DNA of 64,000 nt from Cyanophora paradoxa CCMP329 (lineage: Eukaryota; Plantae; Glaucophyta): positions 62,001-126,000 of the forward strand of contig QPMI01000599.1 in the NCBI GenBank assembly GCA_004431415.1. The letters are read 5' to 3'. The number at the start of each line of letters is the position of its first letter. Within the stretch, counting starts at the first letter, position 1. A model generated the notes under the pieces. The model saw nothing but the letters and a program-made list of their open reading frames with translations. It searched no databases and was not told the origin of the DNA. The translations under genes and the position numbers were made by a program. This document shows positions 1-13,330 of this stretch, piece after piece.

Positions 1-3000
1 CCTCGCCGCCCCCGCCGTCGCCGTCGCCCAGCGCCTCTCCATGACGGTGCCCCGCTGCCGCCTCTCGCGCCCCGGCCTGCTTTCAGCGCTCAGCTCCTCC
101 TCTTGGGCAGGACACGCGGGCGCTGCAGAGCGGGGGCGCGCTGTACCTCGCGGGGGGCGTCCTCACCCTCCTCGACTCCACCTCGAACCGCTCCTCGACG
201 TCGGCGCCCAACGCCCGCGGCGGCTTCGCCCGCGTCACCGACTGCGCCCCGGCCGGCGCGACGGAGGCGACGGTGGCGAGCCCGCTGGTGAACGGCACGG
301 CGCACGTCCTCTTCCGCGGCGTGCGCGTCTCGGAGAGCGCGGCGACGGGCGAGGGCGGCGCGCTCGCCGTCGACGGGCGCTGCGCGGTCCGCCTCGAGTC
401 GTCGGCGGTGCTGCACGCGCGGAGCGACGGGTCGGGCGGCGGCGCGTTCGTCTCGTCGGCCCGCCTCGCCCTCGCCCGGGCCGAGTTCGACGGGTGCCGG
501 ACCCTCTCCGACGGCGGCGCCGTCGCCGTCGAGGGCGACGCCGACCTCGCCGCCGCCGACGCCCGCTTCGCGAACAACGCCGCCGTCCGCCACGCCGCTT
601 CCTCTTCGATTCTCTTCCAGCCTTCTCGCTGACCTCGAGCTGCAGTCCGGATTCTCGTCGATGGGAGGGGCCGTCGCCATCGCGGCGACCGACGCGTCGC
701 ACCGGCACACGATGGAGCGCTGCTCGTTCCTCTCCAACGCGGCCACCATCGCCGGGGTCCGACCCCCTTCTCCATTCGCTCTTCCGCCTCTAAGGCGCGT
801 CTCCGTCCGCAGGGCGCGCTGTTTGTGAGCGGCTCCTCGACCGCCGCCGTGTCCGCCTCGTCCTTCACGTCCAACTCCGCGCCGAGCGGGGTCCGCCCCA
901 TTCCGCCCCGTGCCGGCTCGCCCTGAGCTCGCCGCCCCGCAGGGCGCCATCGCCGCGACGCACCGCGGCTCGCTCAGCCTCGCCGGCGTGGCGGCCTCTG
1001 AGAACGCGGCGGCGCGGGGCGGGGCCCTCTTCACCGACGACCTCTCCGTCGTCTCCGCCGACGGCGTGACCCTCTCCGCGAACGCCGCCTCCGAGCAGGG
1101 CGGCGGCGCCGCGCTCGCCGGCTCCTCCTCGCTGCTCCTGCGCGCCTCGAGCGTGCGCGGCAACCGCGCCAGCAGCGGGCGCGGCACCGGCAGCGGCGCG
1201 GGGCTCCACGTCTCGGGCGCCGCATGCGCGACCGTCGCGACCTCCTCGTTCGCCTCCAACTCCGCCGCGTGCGCCCTGTCCCACGTATCTATCTGTTCGT
1301 GAACGTTACTGAGAGCGGCCGCAGCGAGCGCGGCGGGGGCGCGCTGGTGCAGACGACGTGCGAGTCCGTCTCGTTCGAGGGCGGGTCGATCTCGGGCAAC
1401 GCGGCGGGCGCCATGGCCGGCGGGCTCTGCGTCGAGGCGGGCGGCGTGCGCGCCGCCGGCGTCGCCGTGTCGGACAACACCGCGCCGGAGGGCGCCGGCG
1501 TGCACCTTCGCGGCGGCTCGCTGCGGCTTTTCGGCGGATCCGTCTCGGCCAACCGCGCCGCCAAGTCCGGCGGCGGCCTCTACTACTCGGCGCCGTCGAC
1601 GGGCTCCACGGCCTGGGCGCGCCTGGAGGTGAACGGGACCGCGCTGGACGGCAACGCGGCCCTCTCGGGCGGCGCCGCGTACGTCGCGCTGCCGCCCGGC
1701 TGCGAGAGCCTCGCGCTCGCGCCCTCCTCCGTCGCCGGCAACGTCGCCTCCGCGGGCGGCGGCGGGGCCTTCTTCGTGTCGGACGCCGCCCCGCTCCGCT
1801 GCCCCGCCCTCTCCGCCCCGTCCTGCGCCGCCCGCTACTGGAACAACACCGCGACGTACGGCAGGTCCGCATTCCCCGCCTCCCGGCCCCCCGGGCCCCG
1901 ACGCCGACGCCGGCTGAGGCCGCCGGGTTCGGCGCGGCAGCGCGTGCGCGACGGAGGAGAAGTCGATGCGGGCGCGGCTGCTAACGGCGCAGGCGGCCTC
2001 CGGGGACCCCATCGCCATCACCGTCGAGTGCGCTGCGCTCCGTTATATAATTAATACTTCAGTTCCTCTTTCCGGGGAGGCGCTGAGCCGCTGCCCGCCT
2101 CAGGCTGCTCGACGCGTACGGGGACCGCGTCCTGTCGGACACGGCGAGCCCCATCAAGGTGCGGTGCCCCCTCGGCGTCCCGGCGTGAAGTGGCGCGCAC
2201 GCCGCGCCGTTCGTGATCGGTTCGCGCCAGGCGTTCGACCCGGCGGGCATCGTGGACCTGGACGCCACGCTCGGGCTCGCCTCGCCGGCCCTGAGCGCCG
2301 CCGCCGCCAACGCGAGCAGCGTCCTCCTGAAGGGGAGCGTCGTCGCGTCGACGGCCGCCGGCCTCGCCTCCTTCGACGCCATCGCCGTCACCTCCAAGCC
2401 CGGATCCTCCCCGGTGCTTTCGTAGAAAGAAAGAGATCGAACGCGCCGCTCACCCTCGCCCCGCAGACGATCACGTTCGTGCTGCAGGCGGCCGGCCGCC
2501 CCGCGCTCCGCGTCGCCCTCGACATCCCGCTCCGCCGCTGCGTCCGCGGCGAGATCCAGCTCGTCACCTCCGTCTGCTCCGTCTGCCCGGTGCGCCCCGC
2601 GCCGCCGCCGGGCTCCAGGCCGGCGCCGCAGGGCCTGGCCTCGACTCACGCGGAGCAGACGGGCACGTACTCGCTCGTCGAGACGGGCGACGCGACGCAG
2701 TGCCTGCCCTGCGTCTCCGGCGGCTTCTGCTTCGGGGGGGACCTGGTCCGCCCCGCGGAGGGCCACTGGCAGAGCGACCGCAACGAGACCTTCATGGTCA
2801 AGTGCATCAACGTGCGCCGCCCCTCCTTTCTTTTTGTACCGTCCGACCTTTCAGGCCGCCGGCGCATGTAACCGCCCTCGCAGGGCCAGTGCCTGGCGCC
2901 CTCCACGACCGTCGTCAACGCGGCCGCGCTCGCCCGCAACTACACGCGCTGCACTGAGGGGTCCGGGCGCCTTTTTGCCAGACGAGAGCCGCGCCTCTTT

Positions 3001-6000
3001 GACGCCCCGGTCCGCCCCCGCAGGTACACTGGCCCGGTCTGCACGGTGTGCGCCCCCGGGTACGGCCGCACGGGCGACTACAACTGCGTGAAGTGCCCGG
3101 ACCCGGCGACGAACCGCGGGCTGGGCGCCCTCATCGCCTTCATCATCGCGGTGGTGGCGGGGCTGATGGTCTGGTCCACCCTGCGCTCCGCCGGCCGCAT
3201 CAAGCTCTCCGAGACCTCCGTCGTGGTGCGCCCCGTCCCCTTCCTTTCTTTCAACTTCCTCCGCCGACGGCGCTCTCGCAGATCAAGATCCTGCTGGACT
3301 ACCTGCAGAGTGCGCCCCTCCTCCGTCGAACCTCGAGCTCGAGCCGCGCTCCTGACGCACGCATCGCCCGCAGTCGTCACGCTCGCCAAGAACTTCGAGG
3401 TCGAGGTGCGCCCTCGGCCTCCCTCTCCCGCGCGCTTCGCCCGGCCCCGCTAACTCGCCGCCGCTCTTCCAGTGGACTTTCAGCGCGCAGTTCCTGTTCG
3501 GTGCGAGCGGCGCCGGCGCGAGCAGCGCGGAAGAGGGCGTCTGAGCGCCTCGCGACCGCGCAGACGTGCAGCGGGCCGCGAGCTCCCCCATCGACAGCGT
3601 CTTCTCCGTCGACTGCATCATGTCCTTCGATAACTCCGCCATGCATCCCTTCTACGGTGCCATGGGATGCGATAGGATGTTACTGTATCCTCTCCTGAGC
3701 TGCCTTGTGCTCTGCAGCCCGTCTGGTGGCGATGATGGTGCTGCCGGTCTTCGTCTCCCTCGTCCCCGGCGCGATCTTCATCCCGTGGGCCGTGTGGCGC
3801 TCCTTCATGGCCCGCCGAACGAAGCCCGCGCCCGCCGGCGCCGCCTCCGCGGCCCCCGCGCTGGGCGCGGGCTCGAAGCCGGCCCCGGCGGCGGCCTCGG
3901 GCCGCGGGCCGTGGCCGGCGAGCGGCGGACGCTGTCGCTCACGCTGCCGCTGAACGCCCTCAAGGACCTGGGCGAGCCGCCAGCCCCGCCCAAGCCCAAG
4001 CCCAAGCCGCCGGCGCCGGGCGCCGAGCGCCCCGCGGCCCGCTCGCGGTCGCCGGCCGGCGCCGGCGCCTCCGCGTACAGGAAGGCCGACGGCGTCCCCG
4101 TCCAGCTCGCCGGTGCGCCTTTCATCCAAGTTCCACTAAACCGCGTTGCGTGAGCCGCCTTGTCTTGAATCAGGCGGAAACGACGACGACGGCGCGATCG
4201 AGCTCGCGGCGCGGCCGGCCGGGATGCGGAGGGGCGGCGGAGCTCCCGCGGGGCGCCGCGTTCCCGGCGCATCTCGTTCGACGCGGACATGCTCGCCGCG
4301 GCGGTGGCCGCGGCGCCGCCCCGGCCGCTCCCGGCGGGCCGCCCTGGCCCGCTCTCCTTCTCCGACGCCGTCGCTGCTGCGAAGGCGGAGGCGGCCGGCG
4401 CCGCGGCCCAGGAGGCGGGCGTGGGGCGCAAGGTCGACGTCGCCGGCGCCGCCGTCGATGACACCGGCGAGGACGACGAGCCGGTCGAGTACCGCCCGTA
4501 CCACATCGCCTTCGAGAACTGGGTCCGCTCCCGCCGCCGCCGTGTCGATTTGGATCCGCTCGCGCGCGCGTCCGCTCACCCGTTCCGCCCTCAGACGGCG
4601 GCGGCGGTTGTCGTCATATTCCTCGTGTACCCGACCGTAACCCAGCAGCTGGTGCCCCGGCCCTCCCTCCGAGCTCGCGGCGCCGGGCGCGTCGGCCGCG
4701 GCTCACCGGACTCCGCCGCGCCCCAGTTCCGCATGTTCGGGTGCCTCGAGATCGGCGGCGGCGAGCGCGTCCTGAAGGTGCCGACCCTTCTAGTCTTGCA
4801 GATTTCCGTTCCGTCCGCGCGCGAGAGACGCCGACCGGGGACGGCAGCGGGAGATGTCGATCTCGTGCGAGTCGAGCACGTACACCTTCTGGGTCATGGC
4901 CATCACCGTGCGCCCCCCGGCGGACCCCCCCCGCCCCCGCCTCCCCCTCAGGCGGCCCCCAGGTGCCGTTCCTGGTGGTCTTCGGGCTGGGCGTGCCCCT
5001 CGCCTCCTTCGGCGTGCTCCACCGCAACCGCCACCTCACCCGCGACCTCGACTTCGCCCGCAAGTTCTCCTTCCTCTACAAGCGCGCCCCCACGCCCCCT
5101 CCCCCGCCCCCCTCCCCGCCGCCTGACGGGGCGCCGTGCCAGGGGCTACCGGCCCGAGCGGCTCTACTGGGAGACGGTCGGGCTCCTCCGCAAGCTCACC
5201 ATCTCCTTCATTGTCGGCGCGCCCCGCCCCGACCCCGCCCCGCCCCCGCCCCGCCCCCGCGCGCCGCTGAGCCCGCGACGACGCCGCGGGACCCCAGTCT
5301 TCTTCGAGGGGCGGCAGCTGATCCAGAGCCTGCTGGGCCTCGGCCTCCTCGTCGGCTTCTTCACCCTCGACCTCGTCGCCGTCCGCCCCGCCCCGCCCCG
5401 CCCCGCCCCGACGTTGCGGCGTTCCTCATGGCCGCGGGGGGCGCAGAAACCGTTCCAGACTCCCCGGCTGAACGCGCTGGGGGCGGCCTCGCTCGCCGCC
5501 TCGTCGATCACGATCTACTCCGGCATGTTCCTCAACAACTTTATTTCCGACGACGTGCGCGCGCCCCCCCGGGCTGCCGGGCGCGCGGCGCCGCGCGGGC
5601 CGCTCTGACGGGCCCCAGGACGAGATGGCGGTGACGGTCTTCCTGCTGGCGGTGAACCTCGCCTTCCTCCTCGCCGTCGCCCTCGTCGTCGCCCGCAACT
5701 TCCTCCACTCCGGTGCCCCCCCGCGCCCCCGCCCGCGCCCGCGCCCCCCGCCGTCGAGCCGCCCCTGACGCCGCCCCCCCCTCGCCCAGCGGTGACGGTG
5801 ACGACGACCTTCCGCAACCGCGTGAACTCGGACGTGGAGCTCTCCAGGCGGGCCCCCCCGCCCGCCCCGCGGCCCTCCCTCTAGATCTCCGAGCGGCGCT
5901 GACCGCCGGGGGGCGCGGCAGGCACGGGAAGATGACCTTCCGGCGGGTGGCCGGCATCGTCCGTCACGCCTACGGCGCCTTCTCCGAGCACGGCAGGGTC

Positions 6001-6799
6001 CGCCCGCCCCGCGGCCCGCCGGGAGGGTGCGCGCGCCGACGTTCCGCGCCCGGCGCATGCGCAGGAGAAGGAGGAGGAGGTGGCGACGCGGAGCCCGGCC
6101 TCGTCGCGGCGCAACTCGCGGAGCTCGCTCGGGGGCGGCTCGAGGCGCGGCTCCCGCAGCCCGGGGCGCCCCCTCGACCGCGAGGCCCCCGCCGCCTTCG
6201 CCGCCGCGCCCCGGTCCTGGCGCGCCAGGGAGGGGACGCCGACGCGCCCCGCTCGCCCCCCGCCATCTCCTCCTCCTTCTCGTCGGCCGGCGCCGCGGCC
6301 GGCGCGCCGGCGGCGAAGGCGGCGCCGCCGTCGTTCGCGACGGCGGCCTTCCGGGCCTTCGCGGACCCCTCGGGCCCGCTCTCCTCGCCGCCCTCGGGCG
6401 GCTCGGCCCTCCTCGCCCTCCTCGCCCCGCTCGACCTCGCCGACTCCGAGAGCGGCGGGGCCCCGCGCGGAGCACGCCCGTCCTGCAGCCGCAGCAGCCG
6501 GCCTCCCCGCGGGGCGGAGGCGGAGGCGGGCGGGGCGGGCGGGCGGACGGGGCGGGGCCGGTGGACGAGGCGGTAGAGGCCGCCCTGCAGCGCGCCATGC
6601 GCCCGCCGCCCCCGCGACGGCCGAGGCGCCCGTCGCCTGGACGGACCTCACGGCGGCGGCCGCCGCGCAGCTCGTGGCGGCGGAGGCGGCGGGGGCGGCG
6701 GCGGGGGGCGGGCCGCAGCCGTGGTCGCCCCCCTCGGAGCTTGTGGACGACGTCGCCGCCGCGCACCGCGGCGACGCCCTCGCCGTCCAGGACGCCTGA
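1..6799 (+). CDS. Large multi-exon membrane protein: polymorphic-membrane-protein-type GGA(L/I/V)/FxxN beta-helix repeats, Cys-rich region, multipass C-terminal domain (5' end outside window)
   Basis: Exons encode repeated GGAL/GGAF/GGAV and FxxN/NxA motifs. A Cys-rich stretch follows (CSVCP..GTYSL, CLPCVSGGFCFGG, CTEGYTGPVCTVCAPGYGRTGDYNCVKC). Then come hydrophobic segments IKILLDYLQ, VVIFLVYPTVTQQ, VVFGLGVPL, KFSFLYKGYRPERLYWETVGLLRKL and KPFQTPRLN. Probable stop TGA 6797-6799 followed by AT-rich 3' sequence. Confidence 0.8.
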
Positions 6800-7326
6800 C
6801 CCCGCCTCCCAAGGAGGAAGACTGCGCCTTTTTAAGATTTATGTATTCTTTAGCCTTATATCTATATCTTGCATACGTATACAATTGCAAGGAATGGCGA
6901 TGATCCCGAGGCGAAGGCCTCCGCTTCAAGAATGCTCACGATTGTTTTTCTTTCAAGCTTTAATTTGTATCCCTATCGATTACGTGTATATTGATTGTAT
7001 TGAAAGTATCTATAATACTGAGATCCTGGCCTGAAGTTTGCAAAATTGCATACCGCGGAGCCTCGATCGCGAGCTCCCTCGGCCCGCTGGCAATATTAAT
7101 TGACTCATGACCAGCGCTAGCTGCAGCTGCAGTGCACGTGATCATGATCATGACATGCATATGCTTGCGTACATCGCTATCCGCCCGCACTAGTTCTTCC
7201 ATGCGTCAAATTCGAATGCATGCATTGTACATGTGCATCGCGTTCGAATACGGATTCAAGATCTAGAATATGGAATTCGAACATAAGCGTTGGCCATGGG
7301 CCGGGGGCGCATGATCAGATCTAGAT

Positions 7327-10300
7327 CTAGAGCCCGTCGTGGACGGGCCTGACGTCGCGGATGTCGCCGCGGCACTGGGGGCACGGGTCCCCCCGCGAGC
7401 GAACGCTCGTGATGCACGAGTGGCAGAAGACGTGCACGCAGGGCACGATCGCCCGCCGCGTCGCCAGCGGCTTCGACTCGAGGCAGATCCCGCAGTCGAA
7501 GTTGGGCGGCCGCGCCGCCGCCTCGCGGGCCGCGGCGAGGGCGAGCTCCTCGGCCACGCGCCCCGAGGCCTCCTGCAGGCGCCGCGACAGGGCCAGCAGC
7601 TCGGCCGCCCGCATCCCGCGCAGCCTCGCCTCCCCGACCTGAAATGAGGGGTTTGAGTAACGGGGACAGGCTTAGGTGAGAAAGCAACGTGCGTCGCACT
7701 TCCAATGCGCCCTCCAGTCGCCCTCGGAGGGCGGCCGACTCCGCCTCCGCCGCCTCCGCGCGGGCCTGCGCCGCCCCCGCCGCCCCACGCGCCTCCGCCA
7801 GCTGCCCCCGCAGCGTCGCCGCCTCCGCTGCCACACGCCGCGCCTCCGCCTCCGACGCCCCCGCCCTCCTCTGCGCCTCCTCCCCGAGCCGCCTCTGCTC
7901 CGCCTCCGCCTTGCGGGCCGCCGCCTCCGCTTTCTCCTTCTCCTTCTCCCTCTCCCTCGCCCGCCTCCTCTCCTTCTCCGCCTCCTCCCGCGCCGCCCGT
8001 GCCGACGCCTCCGCGGCCTTTGCCCGCTCCTCGGCCGCCGCGAGCCGCCGCTTCAGCTCTTCGTACTCGCTCGCGAGCTTCGAAGCGGCTGCCGCTGCGG
8101 CTGTCGCTGTGGCCGCCGCTGCTGCTTCCGCGGCTGATTCGGAAGAGGCCGCGCGTGCAAAAGCCTCCTCGCCTCGGCGTTCAGGCAGCTCCGGACCTTT
8201 CACCTGCAGCTGGGGCTGGGGCTGTCGGGTTTCCGCTTTGCGCTGGATCTGCGGTTGCTGTTGTGGCTGCTGAGGCTCTTGCTGCAGCTGTGATGCGGGC
8301 TTCGGGTTCGCGCTGATTCCCGCTTCCTGCTGACCCGCGCCGGGCCCTATAGCTACGCCAACGTTGACCGGTACCGGTACCAATGCTGATTTTACCTCAA
8401 TGTTCTGAGTTTGAACGATAAGTAAAACAGACGGATTTAATTTCGTAAAATGTTTATTAACAATAAGCTTACCGCGCCAGCCGCAGTATGCGTCGGCTCC
8501 GGAGGGCTGCAGCTGGTAGATTCAGCGCCCTCCCGTTCAGCTTCCTGCCCCTGCAGCTGGCGACGACGGGACATGGTCGGAAGCAGGGAGACAGCCAAAC
8601 AGTGGTGAAAAGCTCACGACACTCGCAGAGGATGTGCCAGCGGTAGCAGGGCAGAGGACGACAACGGCCTTATCATTATTGTTCTTTACATGATCAGCCG
8701 AAGGTGGCTCGGCCGCGGGCGGTCTTGCATTCGCAACCTGTACACATACACATGCAGCCGTTCATGATCAGTTGGCAAAACACTTTATAATTTAGAAAGA
8801 ACTCTCTAGATCTGCTCCAAAAGAATTTCGAGTTCACCTGTGCCGCTTTCACTTTGCCCTTGCCCTTCTGCTTTTGCCCCGTTGTTCGAATTTTGGAAGG
8901 GCCGGCACCAGCACCGGACGAGCTCAAGTCGCGATCGATTGACTGGAGAGCAGACTCTGCTCGTTGTTCGAGGTACTCTGACACACCGTTGGCCACTTCC
9001 AGCTCGAGGACGTGGGTGCAGAGCGCCCTGGCCGCTGCCCGGAAGCGCGAGAGCTCCGTCAGGTTGACCCCTGCGCAAAATTCGAATGGGGAAAGCAAGC
9101 TCGCGCGTCTCAACCGCTGACCCTCGGAGAAAAGCTTCTTCCGCAGATCGGAGAGCTCAGTTTCGACCTTGGCGAGGTGAATGTGAAGGCAGACCCAGAC
9201 ATAGCAGTGCCCCAGATATTGTTGCATGATCGTGTCGCACTCAGGGAAAGACACCTGAGTCCGGTATTAGCTATTTCGTTGAATTCTCTCTATTTTGACC
9301 ACGCTGACGGTACACACCTTCAATTGATGCAGGGCCAACCGAGCACGCTCGTCCGGATCGGAAAGAGTGTGGTTGAGCAAAGACGATTCCAGAAGCTTCT
9401 CCAGCGCAACGGTGTTAACGGCTGTGCATGCATAAACGTTATGATCAGCATCTCTTCTCCGGCGATCACGTGAACAGAGCACGTGTCACGCATGCCTGGC
9501 TCGTCATTCGAGCTTGGACTGACGTTGATGGCGTCCCACAGCTTCCTGATTATCTCCAGATATTCCCTGACAATCTCAAGAGCAAACAGGCACAGCGACG
9601 CAGATCTGCGATTTGAGCAATTAGCAGAGCGATTCGAAAGTTTAATTATAAGCTATAGCACAGTAATCATATAAGAGGCTAGGAGAAAGACCTGCGTGTC
9701 GTTGGAGACCGGTACCCTGCAATTGGAATTTCGATTTCCGAATCCTTCTCTTGCTCATGGACCCATTGATCATCATAGTTTCTTGATTGGTAGTGTTGGC
9801 GTATTGCGGAAGGCGTCTCGGAATCCTGAGAGAGAGCTCCTCATATAAGTAGATATTCTCATGATTTAATTGCATTAGCAATAATGGTGGTTTAATTTGA
9901 ACTTGCCTGTAGGTGCCCGATGACCTGCTCGATAAGATCCATGATATCTAATGAGCGCCAAAGCGGAAGGCGCTCCACAGGCCCATTTTGAGAATAGCCC
10001 GCCACTGCACGCAGGTATGAATTCGAAACTGCAAAGCACGTGCGCATGCGTTCACACATGTACATCCAAGAATCACCTTCGTAGCAACCGCCGCGCCACA
10101 AGCTCTTTCCACAAATGACTTCAAACCTGAAGAGATATCCAGGATCCGCCCGACACTAAAATGGATCGTGAATGCGGGTGATCATGATTAGGAATGATTT
10201 CCTGAACGTTGAAAACAATCATGAAGAAAAATGGACCATGTTATTGATGCTGTCCGGTGGCTTCGTTCCACGCCAGTCGTTTTTGTGGCGAGTTTCGATT

Positions 10301-12400
10301 TGTACCAGAGAAGCCTCGCAGCGCCGGATCTGCAGTGATCATGATCATGAGAAGACGAATTCGCCTCCGAAGAATAAGCTAAAGATCTAGCTATAGAATG
10401 AATCAATTTGCGATACCTGCTGCCAGGTAGTTTCAAGACGTTGTCGCGTTGAGAGATAGTCAGCCTGCGTTAATTGGGATTGATAAAGGAATCGATCAGC
10501 GAAAGATAAGCGAACAAAGATTCTTACACGAAGAGCTTCTCGATCATTTATGATGGAATGTGTTGGCCGGAAGAAGTCCGGGCAGTCGACGAATGTATTG
10601 CGCAGATGGCATGCAAACACGAGTTTCGAATCAGCCACAAGCTTAGGCTGCCAATCATAACGCAGGCCAATCGCTGACTTCGAGCTGCAGCTTTGAAGAC
10701 AAGAGCGGAAACTCTGTTTACAAAATCATTAGTTGTGCGCGAAAATAAAAGTGATGGTCATACCTGATTCAATGGATCAGCGTCGGAAACCGAGCATAGG
10801 CTGCACATGAGGCTGCCATCCGGGCTATAGCTGCACAGACCGCGCTCTATCCAGGGCCACTGCTCCATCACCAGATTAGGGCAGCTGAGGAACTCGACCT
10901 TGTCAAGGATAAAGTATTCCCCCTGCCCAATCGCCGGTTAATTTACGATCAAAGAATCCAAAATTGACGCACTTTGCGATAGATTGAGCAAGAGGCGAGC
11001 ATGCCTGGGCAGACACTACAAATCCCGCGATCGAGACGGGGTTTGAGTCCCAGAAGATCAGAGCCACTAGTACTCTTGAGCCTCGAAACGCAGTCAACTT
11101 GTCCTCGCCGACCCCGCATCGCTTCCCGGATCTCTTCAGCCGTGAAGTCCCACCGAGCAACGACACGACCCGCCGGTGGGAGATCTTGAGCAAATCTAGC
11201 AGATTCGCAGCTGTTGCCGACGTTTACGGGAAGAACAATGAAACGAAACGTGAAGTGGACTGATGGGGTCAGCTCCAAAGACCGGTCCCGCTCAGCTTCG
11301 ACCTGGAAAACCGGCTCTTCGCAAACGATGCGGAAGAGCTGATCTTGAAACAGGGTGCTCGAGCTCGAGCTCGCTTTTGGCTGCTGCTGCTGCTGCTTTG
11401 CCTGCTGCACCTGCTGTGCTTGCTGTGCCTGCTGCGGCTGCTGCAGCTGCTGCTGCGGCTGCGCATGCTGTCGCTGTTGATTGTCGTGTGCATGAAATGC
11501 TGGGAAGAAGCCAGCCTGTTTGGCCTCATGCACGTCCACCCGATCGCACCGGCGGGTGTGCTGGCTGCCTCCAACTTTCAGAGATGCCGCCTTCAAGTTG
11601 TCGCTGAACTTGAAGCGCTGCTGATCGTATTCGTCCTCCACGCGAGACGTCGCAACGACCGCAACCTTCAACTTCTCCGGGGAAAGATCAATCCAGTGCG
11701 GAAAAGAGAAGCCAGCTCCAGGGCGCAGTGTGACCGGTTCATCTTGCAGCGCATCGTCGATGATCTCCTCGGCTCGCTCAGCGCTGCACGGCACGAGCTT
11801 TGCCACGCGCCGTGCCAGCTCCGAGCGAGAGAGGCGTCCGTGCTGCTCAAGAATCGTCTTTCGCTCGTCGTCAGACAGCTTGGCCCATGCTTGAGAGACA
11901 GAATTCGAAGTCGGAACTGCGAAGAAAAAACTAAATCAAAGAAGAACAATATTAATCGATATCGATCATGACAGTTTGCACACGTAAACGAAAGCGAGTA
12001 CAATAATCACTTATAATTAGACATGCTTAAGATCGGAGACGCACCCACTTTCGATGATGAGCGGCCAGGATCTCGAGCAGGCCTCGAGGTTTGCCTTGTC
12101 TTGGCGGTTGGATGAGGTTTGTCTTGGCGTTGGCTTTCGCGGATCCCCTCATTTATGGAGCGCATGAGCTCGTGCTTGGCGAGGGCCACTTTGGGATCGA
12201 CAGCTGGAATCTGCGATGCGAACGGAATTATGATCAGATATCGATCTAGATTAGCTTTCAAGTTAGCAAAAGTTCGAATTCCCTCGTTCATGGCCACGGA
12301 TCGCTCAAGCAGCAACTCGACAGCTGAAAGCTGCAATGCGATTGAATTAGCTGTATTTTGAACGGAGGCCTCAATTTGAGCTCTTGTCGCCGCATTCTTC
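7327..12400 (-). CDS. Multi-exon protein with polyQ tracts, long coiled coil and C-terminal C3HC4 RING finger (putative E3 ligase); 5' end approximate
   Basis: Last exon reads CGICLES...VPCVHVFCHSCI...CPQCR then stop at 7327. An E/A/R/K coiled-coil exon lies at ~7700-8380. Further same-strand open exons occur at 8694-9254, 9267-9482, 9892-10101, 10387-10638, 10949-11806 and 12007-12336. Linking the upstream exons to the RING exon is inferred. Confidence 0.65.
11379..11462 (-). repeat. Imperfect CAG repeat encoding a Q-rich tract
   Basis: (ctg/tgc)n run on the + strand; ORF 10949..11806 shows QPQQQLQQPQQAQQAQQVQQAKQQQQQ. Confidence 0.85.
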
Positions 12401-13034
12401 TGTAGGTCTACATATCGCTAGCTCGAAAGATTAAAGATTAATATTAGATCTAGATGTGTTTAGCCATTTGCATGCCTAAATCCTTGGATGCGCGCGCCGC
12501 GGCTACCAGTACCATCATGGCATGCGCGGCATGCATATGGCGAGCATCAGCCTGGCAGCACTATATATATATAGCTAGCTACAGCGCAGTGAGCGCACCT
12601 GGTCGCGATCCGGCTTCGGGAACATATCTGGAGCTCGAGATCGATTCATCTGAGCGCGGAAGGGCGATATATATAAGCAAACTTCCTAGCTATGGGGGGG
12701 TCCGCCTCAGGCCTAGGGGGTCCGCCGGGGGGCGACAGGTTGGGGCCAGCTGTGAAGCTCGACGGGTTGCAATTGCGCACTGCGGCACCGGTACCGTGCA
12801 CTGCGGCACGTGTAGCCTTTCGCAGCGCGCCTGCGGGTCGACGTCAGCTGCAGCTGCAGGGCGCCGCGGCCGGCCGGCGCCGCGGCGCGCGCGGGCCGGG
12901 GCCGCGGCCGCCGCGGCCGGCCGCCGGGCGCCCGCCGCGCGCGGTGCCGCAGTGCCGCGGTAATCATCAGCGCTAGCATATGCATGATCATCGGACCCGG
13001 CCTTTTTTAGGTCGCCCGGCCCATGCATATATAT

Positions 13035-13316
13035 TGTCGCCTGGCTCGATTCCCAGGCCTTGCGGTGACTTAGTGACTAGAGCTAGTTGGTGCCTGACGT
13101 AGTCTGGGTGGCTTAGCATAGTCTCTCTTCCTGTAGGCTTACCTCTCGGTAGCCTACGCTGGCCTGCCTCTACCTGTCTTAGGGGTACAGAGTCAGTAGT
13201 CTTCCGGGTACACAGTGAATACACCAGCCTGCATCTACAGCTGCTCCAGCACAGGGAGCCGGCCCCGCGCAGTACTGCGCGGTGCCTAATCGGGTGGGAA
13301 TCCCTCTCATCCGACA
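13035..13316 (+). repeat. 5' LTR
   Basis: Starts TGTCGCC, ends CCGACA. Matches 25360-25641 except one base (GGGAATCCCT vs GGGAATACCT). Confidence 0.95.
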
Positions 13317-13330
13317 GGCGCCACTGCTCA
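13317..13330 (+). other. Candidate primer-binding site
   Basis: GGCGCCACTGCTCA directly after the 5' LTR resembles TGGCG-type PBSs but lacks the leading T; no tRNA match verified. Confidence 0.4.

Noticed and set aside
90-2021. 643-aa minus-strand ORF and similar long R/G/A/P-rich ORFs (5426-6766, 29780-31081, 62259-63899)
   Set aside because: Shadow frames caused by stop-codon scarcity at very high GC; the opposite strand carries the recognisable spliced genes.
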